Position numbers and translations under genes: made by a program. A DNA stretch of 64,000 nucleotides, taken from Bilabrum cf. latius. Its lineage: Eukaryota. The notes below the pieces were generated by a model. The model searched no databases. It was not told the origin of the DNA and saw nothing but the letters and a program-made list of their open reading frames with translations. Positions within the stretch are counted from its first letter, which is position 1, and every line of letters starts with the position of its first letter. Positions 48,170 through 59,388 of the stretch are shown one piece after another. The stretch lies in NCBI GenBank assembly GCA_965178125.1, contig OZ237749.1, forward strand, positions 248,001 to 312,000. Reading direction: 5' to 3'.

Positions 48170-51106
48170 TTAGCGGCCAGCCCCACTACTTGCTGCAGCA
48201 GGCATCTATCCTTTTTCTGCCATGCCATCTTCTTTCTCTCCCTCAATCGATGGATCTTCGCCGCGTGAAGACTGGGGTCCAGGCAATGCATCACCCATGG
48301 CGATCCTTGCGCGAACCTCCTCCAGATTGCGCACAGCCTGGAAAGTTGCCTTCTCAACGTACCGGCCCATGAACTGACAGACTGCACTGTGGACGAAAGT
48401 GTGAGCACACGACGCCCAGCGTTCTTTCTGCCTGGCGCGCTTGCTGCAGTAGGAGAAGAATCGTTCAGTCGAAGCCTGAGACATCGCCATGGCCTTCAGG
48501 TAAGAAGCCAACTTTGACAGTAATGGGCAATGCCGGATCACAGATGCATCTGATGTCCAAAACTTCATGGAGCTCCAGTTCTTCTTCATGGTGGCGGTCT
48601 CCAACTGAACAAGTTGCGAGTCCGTCTACCTGCAGAATGCTGCCCACTCATTGTCCAAATCCCCACGCTAGAAGAGGTCACTCAAGTCTCGCCCAACTGC
48701 TTCTTTTGCAGCATTAAAGATGCTACTCGTATCACGCAGCTTTTGCAGCCTTAGCTCTTTGCTCGCATTGATGTCAAGCAGCAGGATGACCTTGGCAACG
48801 CGCAGCATACCTTCGAGATGCTCGTCCATCTTCTTCCCTGCAGCCTTCGCTGGCCCCACATAAGACTTGATGAGAAGCTACTCTAGCTCATCCTCCGTGT
48901 AGTTGCACCTGAACCACCAATGATCAGGATCGTGGCATGCCTTAATGGCCCTGACAGCGGCCTTGGCATCGTCCACGAGGCGTGGCGGAGCAGATGCTTC
49001 AGCACCTCCAGCGGCAGCGCCAGCAGCGGCCTACTGCGCACCCACCCCTTCAGCAGCTGCGCGTGCAGCAGCTGCAGCCAGGCGTTGTTGGTGTGAAGGT
49101 CCCGGCCCCGTTGCCTGAACTGCAGCGGCACCCACACCTGCACCAGCAGCTTTTGCATCACCATCACCTGGACCCTCTGGGTACCTGAACCGAGCAGTCT
49201 CAACCAACTAAACAAAGTCGCGAAGCGTGTCCATGCTCTGAACGCCATCCTTCTACATCTTTACGATCATGTCCGAGAGCTTGCTCAGCACGTCCGAGAC
49301 TAGCGCTGTTCGGGCAGCAACCTAGACGACATCCAATACGTCCCCCACCGTGTACTCAGTAAGAGTCGTCCCACGGATAACTCTTCCCTTTCGGCGAGGG
49401 ACACAAGATATGACTTTCTTGGCACAATTGATGAATGTACACTTCTTGTTTTTGCTGAAAGCCTCGAATTGCGTCAGGAGCGATCCCGTGAATCCCAAGC
49501 TAGCGAGTGGTTTCGCTGCATCCGCTTTGCTGCACCACCTCGTCTCAACCGCTTTCGTAACCGCCATACCATCCTTTTTAGGCATGCCTGCTAGTTCAGC
49601 AGCTCTGGACACTGCAGTCTCGATAATCGCACGACTGCCAAAGGCTCGCGACCATGCAGTGCTGAAAGCGCTGACCAGGCCGGCCAACGATGACTTGGGG
49701 CCCGTCCGAGTGGAAGTGAATTCCACGTCCAGGTACACACCTTCAACCAAATTCAAACTATGGGGTATACAGTGCCCAACAAAAGGTGCAGGAAGGCTTT
49801 TGCCGGCTGCCTTCTGTTCGATAAGGAGGTTGCTGCAGAAGGTCCGGTTCGCCAGCTGAGCATACGCTGCGTTGTCAGACGTGACGCAAGCAACATACTT
49901 CTTATCAATACCGGTCACCTTGCAAAAGTGGTCCAAGACTTGCCCAAGTTGCTCGGCAAGAGACTCTCCAGAGTGTGAATCGCTGCTGCAATCGACACCA
50001 ATCACTAGTACCCCTTTCGGCGACAGGCGAAGATCGGCGAACTTGGCCACAAACACCGTGATCTTGCCCACATAATACTGGGACTCATCATGCATGATGG
50101 AGACAAATGGATGCAGGGTGACGTCATGACCCTTCAGCTCGATGCATGTCTGCTTGACACCGCGAAGCACTTCGTCGATCAGGTCGTTGGTACTTTGCTT
50201 GGACCTGCTCACCTGGCTTTGGGCAATCGGATTCGGGGCCAAGACCTACAATGCGTCACGGTGCACATGCGAAGTTACAAAGCTTATCTAACTCTACGAG
50301 AAACCTTGAGACATCATCAACGAAATGTAGTGGGCGCGACCCTGCACGCTCAGCTGCCGCGCTCTCTCTTCGACGGGAATGGCGTCTGGGCTAAGACCAC
50401 CCTCCAGCATCTGTCGCGTGCGCATGGCTGCTTTCTACTCTACATGATGGGATGACAATTGTCTCGCGAAGGCATGCCTGGATGCTTCTTTTGCAATAGC
50501 ATCACTTTTGCGACGAGTCAGGGTGCGCGGGATGTTGTCGGCAAAGTGCTTGCCAGCAGCGTCGTCGTCCCGTTGACCTTGTGCCTCGTCAACTTCGAGC
50601 TTCGGGTTCTTCTTCTTGAGTTTAGCCCATTTCCGCCTTCTTTTCATGGCATTTAGTCGAGCACCGTATGCGTGCCGTAGTGAAAACAAGCGTGCCTCAT
50701 ACGTTGATCCACTTGCAGCAATCCCTGAGTAGGGGTGGAGCTTCATGTGAGAGCGCACCGCGGCTGCATCGCGGACTGAGACGTCTTTCGCGCAGATCTA
50801 GCACGTCATTTCGCCGGTGGCCTTGAAACTATCCAGTGTAGTCTTGCCGAACGCCATCTCGATGACTGGATTCTCTTTCATCAGCTTTTGAAAGGCACCA
50901 CCGAAAAAAGATTCTCGCTAGGTAAGAGGGTTACGTTGGCGTGCAGGCTTCTTCGGTTTTTGTACTTTGGCAGCCTTGAAGGGACGAGGTGGTGAAGATG
51001 CACCGCCTTTCTGTACCACTGCTTGCTGTTCTCCCTCTCTCGGCCGCTTATCGCCCAACTGCTTAACGAAAGTGCATACAATCGATGGCTCTTTCATCTT
51101 GGACAT
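48170..51106 (-). CDS. hAT transposase (~978 aa), apparently intact
   Basis: Five track ORFs in one frame with only TAG interruptions; ends TAA 48170. Zn finger C*IC...H...H, SIMHDES, VTSDNAAY, CIPHSLNL, ETRWCS, and dimerisation domain PLLSKLASYL...SQASTERFFS. Confidence 0.9.
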
Positions 51107-51649
51107 ACGCTTTTTCTAGTAGGGCTATACTTTGGGCATTTGATACAGTTATGTGGCACCTCGAGGATCAAGTTTTAAAGTACACATTATGTATAAATAA
51201 CCCATATTTAATACAGATGTATTTGTAACGTACAGATATCCAGCTGTCCCCAAAAGCTTATTTGGGGATTATTTGGGGACGGTCCCCAAATTGCATAGGC
51301 CTGCCCAGCCCATTTGCCTGGAGCTTCAGGTGCTAGAACGCATCTGGGCGAAGGGAACGGCAAGGCTAGCACGCTCCCGGATCTGGAGCAGGCAACAAGT
51401 CCTAGAGGCGGACTATGTGGCGGTCTGGTGGCGAGAGGCTGAACGCCTCACGCCTCGCCAGGCCTTCCTTGCGCATGCTCCCTCACTGCGGACGTTCGAC
51501 TGGGTCTGACTCCCAGGAGATCTCAACGCGATGCGCTTAGGACACGGGTCCTAGGCATGTATCGGTCTTAACCAGACCAACTATTTCTTTAGAGGCCTTT
51601 TCAGGTCCTGACTGGCTCCGCCAACGCGGGTACAGCTGGGTCCCTTGTA

Positions 51650-52760
51650 TAGGTGCGCGTTACTTTGGTGGCAGTCCTCGGATTGTCTCTGGTATTGAAT
51701 TGCGTGCGAAAACTCTATTTCCTCTCTCTCTCTCGATCCTTTTTTTTGCGGAGCCCATGGCGTGAGCTTGCTGATCCGTTCGACCTGCCCAGTGCGATTG
51801 CCTCTTGGGGTGGTCGTTGTAGTTGGGTAGTGTGTGCTTTGACTCAGACATATTATATTCTCTCTCGATCCCGGCAGGAGCACAACCAGGTGGTGGATCT
51901 GGGAGTGCTTGGGAAGAGGCAGGCGGCCTTGACCCTGACCATGCTGGTCTCTTACATCCCCTAGCACTCGCAGTGGGAGCTCCAGATGTGCAGAACCTCC
52001 AAGGAGGAGCGGCACAGCTGACAGCTGCTGCAGCTTGAGCTGGTCAGTGAGATGTTTCCTCCCGGTCGAAGTAGCCTTCGGGTGACTTCTTAGCCTGGGT
52101 AGCGTGTAGTTTGAATCACATAAATTTATTCTCTCTCTCTCTTGCGATTATATTCTCTCTTGCGATTGCCTCTTGGGGTGGTCGTTGTAGTTGGGTAGTG
52201 TGTGCTTTGACTCAGACATATTATATTCTCTTGCCTCAGACATATTATATTCTCTCTTGCCTGCCCTAGATCTATGGGTAGATGGGGTGCTGAACGTGTC
52301 AGCGAGGCTGGTAAGTGCCAAGACGTGGGGGACCACTGGGAGTGTACCGCATGAGGCAGATACCGAAAAGGGTCTGGAAGCTCGGAGGCCGTCGGGACGA
52401 CACAGGCAGGCAGGGCCAGCCAAGTGTCGAGTGGCAGCAATGCGTGTTGCCCCCGCCATAGTCCGAGTGGAAGGGCGCCTGTAAGGTCTGTCCTTTCAAC
52501 ATGCATAATCGTGATAGCGTGCGCCTTTGAGTTCAAGTTGAATCACAAACTATTAGACCCCCCCCCCCCTCCCCCCCCCCCCCGCCTAGCCTAGATTACT
52601 ATGAGGGCTGGAGGGCTGCAGCGAAGACCAAACGGGCGCTCGTCAGCGCGGTCAGGGAGGGTTTTGCCAGCCTGGCTGTGGGGGCAGCCGAAAACAACAA
52701 CCTCGCCATGGCGGTCGCCATCGCCAAGGCAGGGTTGGACCAGAACGGGGCTTGTCGTTG
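51650..52760 (+). mobile_element. Cluster of head-to-tail retroelement 3'-end fragments
   Basis: A ~70-bp block is duplicated at 51793 and 52161. A 3' UTR homologous to the poly(C) element lies at 52511-52557, followed by a long C-run (52558-52583). An ORF-end fragment of the same family lies at ~52603-52750. Confidence 0.6.
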
Positions 52761-53596
52761 TACAAGGCCTCAATTTGTGCTAGATCTAGTCTCGACTTTC
52801 GAATTGAATCCAAGTCTTGCGCACATAGAGTCCAGCGCACTAGCTGGAGCGCCTGGCTCCCCTCTGGACGTATTGGCAGCTGTAGCGCGCCCCCCCCGCT
52901 ACGGTAATAAATAAATTTATTCCCTTCGGTTAAGGATGATTAACATCATCAATAGTTCCAGTCCATCAGAGCTAAAGCTCTTCAGTCCGTTCCACTCCTT
53001 TTGGAGCTAGTCGCTCCAAAAGTCAAGGTGAGCCTCTTCATACTGCTACTTCATATAACTGCTTTATCCTTCTAATTATATAAAATCAATTATATATAAA
53101 ACTCTATACGATGACCATATCCATAAATTGCGTATTAGTATATGTAAGTTCTAATCAAAACGTGGATGTAGCCCTCTTGTGAAGGTGTTATGGGACTCTA
53201 GCCATTTTCTAGCCAAAAGTTCCATCACTTTATGGGACTCCATTATTCAACCTTCTAAACTACCTTCATTATACCCCCTTATCCTCGCTTATACCTTCAC
53301 AAATGGAACAAACGCGCTACAGCAACTCGCTACACTCGTCATCGTCAAAATGAACCTGAACCTGAATATTGGAGTTCAGCATTTCTTAGGAAATATGAGG
53401 GTCTAACCAACAGGATTTAATATTAAATTGTAAGCCTTTATAAAGGGTGTATATGTTTTTAAGTATTAATCTATGCCTATACATCACATAACCCCCTTCA
53501 TAACCCTAGCCTATAGGCTAGGGATAACCCCCACATAACCCCCCCACCTCTAAGCGTTTTTTTAAAACTCAAAAATTATAACCTAGTATTATAGAT

Positions 53597-54367
53597 ATGA
53601 ACTTTAATAATTATGTCATTGAAAATCCCGTCCTTATGAAGCAGATTTATAAGGCTACAGACCATATTACGGATAATACACAGAAAATTTTAGAGACCAT
53701 TACTACGTATGTAGATTTAGGTGGTAAGTTTTCAAAACCTAAATTAATTAATAAAAATATAGTTAGTGATATTAAAGAGAAAAAAGCCGTGATAAAACCC
53801 AAGAAAGAAGAGAAACAGAAGATACAACACGATAATAACGACCAGCTTGAAATTAACCAAACATACATTCTAGATAAATTTAATGACTATAAACCACAGA
53901 ATAATAAAATTTATAATGATGTAGATGATTTACAACCGCCAGAATTAATTAGATAGACCGCAATAGATGAAAAATTAACCGGTATGGAGCCTGACAGTGA
54001 AAGTGAAATAAACAGCGTTAGTACCGAACAAGACTAGATAGAAGCAGAAACTGATGATGAAATGATACCTGAGGAAGAGAAAAAAATAATTGGAGACCTA
54101 GAAAGGCTAGAAGACGGAGACTATAGGTATAAAGTGTCCGTAAATGGAAATGATGTATTTTTTGGTGAAATTAATTTACCCGATGTAGAGGCTCTTAAGA
54201 AATAGTTTAGCCCTCGTAAATTACAAATTATGATTTGTAAAATTAAAAGAAATTTTAATATTAATAATAGCGATGATATAAACAGCCCTGAGTTTTGGAA
54301 TAGCCGTGTATATTTGACCCTTGATGTGAAGGCCGAACATCAGAAACTACAAGATATCTATAATTAA
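53597..54367 (+). CDS. Viral hypothetical protein (256 aa), acidic middle, C-terminal SPEFWNSRV motif
   Basis: Open ATG to TAA with three TAGs read as Gln. Confidence 0.72.
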
Positions 54368-54730
54368 AAGCCCCTACAACTTAATAAACGGGCTAGAATT
54401 TAATAAAATATTTTAATATAACCGCTATATTAAAATCTATACGATGGCTATATCCACAAATTGCGTATAATTATATAGTATTTCTAGCAAAATGTGGATG
54501 TAGGGCCTCTTGTGAAGGTGGTATGGGACCTTAAGATAATTTTAAAAAATAGTTCCATCACTTTAGAAGGTGTTAAAATACACCATTCATATCACAATCT
54601 ATTTTTTAGGGCTAAATGGCAAAAATCACCTTTTACCTTCATTAATTATTATAGCCCCTTTAAGCCCTCTATAATTAAATATGGCGTTTAAAATAGTTTA
54701 AAAATATATTTCTAATAATATATATAGAAA

Positions 54731-57508
54731 ATGAATAATAAAAACCTTGTTAGTTTCCCCATCAAGCACAATCAAAAAATACCCGATGTTAAAAGCTGGC
54801 GTTATCTCACCAAACCCGAGCCTAAACGATTTAATAATCAGAATATGGCTATTATCACCGGAGAAATTAATAATATAACCGTGTTTGATATTGATTCATA
54901 TAAATGGAGCGATAAGAAGGAGCATTTATTCATCAAGAAATTTTCAGATGACTTTGTGAAGCGGTTCAACACATTCACGGTTAAAACAGCGGGTGGAGGG
55001 TATCATTTATATTTTAAATATGATTAGAATATATTAACTACCACCAATAGAGATATTGACGTTGATATTCGTAATGATGGGGCTTATGTAGTGGCACCAC
55101 CAAGTGGCATAAATGGGTCAAAATACGAAGTTATTAATAATGTAGAAATAAAAAAATGTCCTAAGGAGCTTTATAAATTTTATGAAAAGTATATTATTAA
55201 ATCCTCTAAGAAATCCAACGTGAAAGGGGCGAGTAAAAGGATATCAAAAATTGATAATCAAGATGTGAATAACTGTATGATGAAATTCATTCTAAATGGT
55301 AAAGACTGGTCAATTATATTAAATAGATTAGATAAGAAATATTTAAATAATTATAGTGATTGGTATAAAGCAACCCTAGCGAGTAAATATTTAGGATTTA
55401 AGAAGGAGTGGTAGGAGTGGAGCAAGAAGGGCAATAAATACGACTACCACAAAAATAACAAGGTGTGGAACTCTATCCATTATTTTGATAAGTTAAAAAC
55501 CTTTAATTTAGTTAATTCAATAATTTAGAATGATAAAAGTTTAAAGGCATTTGTGAAGGATAAGTATATTTCAAAGTGTTATTATCGTCCTTATGACGAG
55601 AATATTAACGGGTATACAGAAATTAATAAACCTAAGTTAGATGATATAGAGAAGCCCGAACGCTTTTTTAAATATGAATATAATTATGTGGTAAAAAGTG
55701 ATACAGGAACAGGTAAAACAACAGCATTTAAGAAATACATTAAACAGGTTCAAACGCCGTTCTTATCCATTGTATCCCGTGTATGTTTAGGCACAGAGCA
55801 ATACGAGAGCTTTTTAAATGAAGATATTAAATGTGAGTTCTACCAGAATAAAGATTTTGATTTTGGATAGTCTCTTATTATTACGCCGGAAAGTATCCCC
55901 CAAATTGTGAATTATGATTTTTCTAAATACATCGTATTCTTGGATGAATTCAATAGCATTATAGAGCATATATTAAGTTCTACCACGATGAATAATAATA
56001 GGGTTCTTGTATTATTTATTATTTTAAAAATGATAAGGACGTGTAAATAGTTTATTGCTGTAGATGCTGACATATCCCAGATAGCGATGAAATTTTTAAA
56101 ATGTGCTGGAGTAGAATTTAGCTTTATTAAAAATAGTTATAAACATTTTAAGGATGTGAAAGTATATTTTGAAAAAGACCAATAGAAATTTTACGATAAA
56201 TTAAAAAGTGAAGATAAATTTATACTGGCGTGTGATAGCAAGAAGAACGCAGATACATTTTATAAAATGTTATGTAAAGATGGTATAGAGGACGTTAAAT
56301 TAATTACTAGTGATTTATTACCTGATGAGGATGTGAGCTTAGATAAATATGATAAAATTATATTTAGTCCTAAAGTCATTTACGGATTAGATAGTGTAAT
56401 GGAGCGCCCAGTGTATGGATTATATAAAGGAAAAACGATTCTACCGCCGTAGATGATGTAGCAACTGGCAAGATGTAGAAATCCCGAATATATGAATATA
56501 TATTTTGAAGATGTAAAATCCATTTATCCAAGATATGAGAATTTAAAGGAGGTATAGACGACCTTAAATATGGAAATTAACGCATAGACAGATTTATATA
56601 CTAAATTAGAAAAATACGAAAAAAGGATAATGTAGGAGAATGATATTGACATTGATATTTTTGAGGGAGAAGATGATGAAGAGATAGCCCATAAAGCAAT
56701 GATAGAGGCATCATATAAGGTTTATTTACCACTCAAGAAATTATATAATTTCAAATGTGATACATACGAAACAAATAAATATATTCATTTATAGCTTATT
56801 CTTAAAAACAGGGGCGCCGATGTATAGGTGGATAAAGAATTACCACAACGAATGAATAAATAGCAGATGAAAGAGGCGACAATGGAGATACTACAAGAAA
56901 AGATTGATTCATTTGATGTAGAGAACGACCATATAAAAAGAAGAATTGAAATTTTAGGGCTACCAGAGACAGCCATAACGGAGGATATTAAAATGTTATT
57001 AATTGATAATTACAAATTAATGAATTATTTTAATTATGCTAATTTCAAGAGAAAAGATAAATATAAACTAATGACAGAATTAAAGGATAGAAAGGATTTT
57101 AAGGATGAGAAAGCAAAAAGTACAAAGAATAAAATAATCATATTGTAGGAGATGTTATAGACGCTTAAATTGAATAAATTTGATTTAAGTTATACACGTA
57201 AAAATGAGAAATCCATTAAATATATAGAAATGGGTAAAAGATATGTAGAAGTAAGCGGGGCGAGATTATAGAAGCCAATAGAAACCGATAGTGAATTACA
57301 CGGGGCAATAGTAAAATTATATAAGTAGTTATTTGGAAATATTAAAACCTCTTGGAGTATGGGAAATAAAAAGGATAAAAAGGATAGAGAATTAAGAATT
57401 AAATTCACCAAGGAGAAAGAATTATTTGATGAAGTTTATAAATATTAGTATCCCGAAATGAAGGACGTATACAAGGAATCCAACGAACGATTAGATTAGA
57501 ATATTTAA
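54731..57508 (+). CDS. Viral Prim-Pol (AEP) + PriCT-2 + SF2 helicase (origin-binding-protein-like) fusion, 925 aa
   Basis: AIITGEINNITVFDID, TAGGGYHLYF, DIRNDGAYVVAPPS (Prim-Pol); YSDW...EW*EWSKKGNKYD (PriCT-2); KSDTGTGKTT, FLDEFNS, AVDAD, *MM*QLARCR (SF2 motifs). About 20 in-frame TAGs and no TAA/TGA until 57506. Confidence 0.9.
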
Positions 57509-57566
57509 TACCTTTTTTATGTGTTTAAAATAACTTAAACATTATATATTTATATAATATATAGTG

Positions 57567-57869
57567 ATGAGCGATATTTAGAGTTCAAGCAATACATAGG
57601 AACAACCAAAAATTAATTATATGTAGGAATATTACAAAACAAACAAAGACAAATGGAATAAAAAATATTTAGCTAGAGGAAATGAAAAAGTTAAATGCGA
57701 TGTGTGTGATTGTTATTATAGAAGGAAGGACAGAACGAGACACGAACGAACGAAGAAACACCAAAAAAATCTCAAAGAACCAAAAAAGGATATACTAGAG
57801 GAATATATCAAGAAACTTAATCAAACCCTGCTTAATAGCGGGATTAAACCACCGGAGATATCAATTTAA
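57567..57869 (+). CDS. Viral C2H2-type zinc-finger protein (100 aa), missing from the ORF track
   Basis: ATG 57567, three TAGs, CDVCDCYYRRKDRTRHERTKKH, TAA 57867. Confidence 0.78.
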
Positions 57870-57911
57870 ATTTATCTATTTATTTATTTTTTTTATAAAT
57901 AAAAAGATTTT

Positions 57912-58433
57912 TCAACCTTTAATAACCATCCAATTAGCCGACCAATCATTAGAGGAATTACCACCCGTTAAATGAATCGTAAATCCATCGGTTCCTGCTA
58001 CTACGTGGGAAAATTCAACCGGCTCACTGGCGGGGGTGATTGTAGTAATAAAAACCAAATCACTAGAAGTCATACCCGGAACACTAGCAAATTCAGTAGC
58101 ACCTCCACCACTCCAATTTACCCTTCCTTTATGCGCTACGGTGTTATTTGCTACTACTTCACCTTTTACGGTTAAATCACATTCGTGACCGTCTTCATCA
58201 AAACTCATAACTAAACCAGCAGATGCGGTATTGGCACCGAATCGTAAAGCTTGACCCGAAGTGATGTAAGAAATACCCTTACTGTCAAGATGTAATCCTG
58301 CGTTGCTAACAACTACATCACTACTATTCACAACAGCATTTACATATAGACCACTACTATCTAATCTACCAGTTGCGACATTCTTACATTGAATAGATAT
58401 ATCATTAGGTTGCGATAATCTTGCTAAGCTCAT
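57912..58433 (-). CDS. Viral hypothetical protein (173 aa), beta-rich, possible fibre/virion protein
   Basis: Clean ATG-TGA ORF; Gly/Ser/Val-rich composition unlike its Lys-rich neighbours. The function is a guess. Confidence 0.65.
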   Translation of the reverse strand: MSLARLSQPNDISIQCKNVATGRLDSSGLYVNAVVNSSDVVVSNAGLHLDSKGISYITSGQALRFGANTASAGLVMSFDEDGHECDLTVKGEVVANNTVAHKGRVNWSGGGATEFASVPGMTSSDLVFITTITPASEPVEFSHVVAGTDGFTIHLTGGNSSNDWSANWMVIKG

Positions 58434-58486
58434 TTTTTGTATATATAAATAAGAGAAAAACTAAAACTTATATCAAACCTATAATA

Positions 58487-59194
58487 TTAAACTTTCATTA
58501 ATTTTTTAGCTCTATCTACGGCGTCCATAAAGCTATCTTTTAATGTTGGTTCATTCCATAATACAAACCTAGACCAAAAAGCGGGGGATTTATAGTCTTT
58601 AAAGTCTTCATTTATTGAATGTCTTTTAATATAATTTTTCTTTTTACGGTTTGCTTCCTTCTCTCCATCTTTATTATAATATTGTATAAAGTCCATATAA
58701 GGGGTACCATCATTCTTAATTCCACCAAAATGAACAGTAAACAGAATATTATTACCTTGAACTACTTTAATCATATATTTTTTAATTGATTTAGTTGATT
58801 TATATAAATTAAAAACTGGTTTAGGTCTAAATGATTTCACGTGTCCGTTATTAAATTTTTCCTTCATTGCTTCCTCTATTTCTTCCGTGTCTAATTCTCC
58901 AAAGGTTAAAGGGGTCTCTTTATTTATTCTTTTAGTGGGTCTATATATATCTCCTTTTTCCTAATATCCCTTTTCTCCCTTCTAATTCTTCCAATCCTCT
59001 AATTTCCACCTTCTTAAATTTTTCTATGCTTCATTTAATTTAATTTTATCATATGTCCCCCCTAGTTGTTTATATTTTTTTAGATAGGCTAATGAACGAT
59101 AAGCTGATGGTTTTTTATACGTTCTATTTACTTCTTGGATTGCTTTTTTGTAAATTTTAGGATTATTAATATAATTAGGTATATTATCATTCAT
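58487..59194 (-). CDS. Viral two-domain protein (235 aa) resembling conserved giant-virus/phage hypothetical families (C-terminal domain DUF5754-like)
   Basis: ATG 59194 in frame with the track ORF via three TAGs. YKKPSAYRS...YKQLGGTY...LRRWKLEDWKN*KG...IYRPTKRINKETPLT, then KKY...VHFG...YMDF...YIKRH...SPAFWSRFVLW. Confidence 0.75.
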
Positions 59195-59202
59195 TTGTAT
59201 AA

Positions 59203-59361
59203 TTAATAAAATGATAATTTTTTAATAGCGTGAGCCGTTTTTTTTCTATATTCTTCATAGAGTCTTTTATTATTTGGATTCTTCATTAATTTATTTTTTA
59301 CCTTCTTTAATGCCTTCTTAATAGCATACTAAACAAAGATATTACTAATAATATTAATCAT
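59203..59361 (-). CDS. Small basic viral ORF (52 aa)
   Basis: ATG-TAA with one TAG; fills the gap between the polymerase and the next gene. Confidence 0.4.
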
Positions 59362-59388
59362 ATATTATATAATTAATAAATATTTAAT

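Larger units (their letters stand above)
45575..51303 (-). mobile_element. Full-length hAT DNA transposon (5729 bp)
   Basis: Perfect 22-bp TIR CAGGCCTATGCAATTTGGGGAC (45575-45596; reverse complement 51282-51303). 8-bp TSD CCCAGCCC at 45567-45574 and 51304-51311. Subterminal TTATTTGGGG repeats at both ends. Confidence 0.95.
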
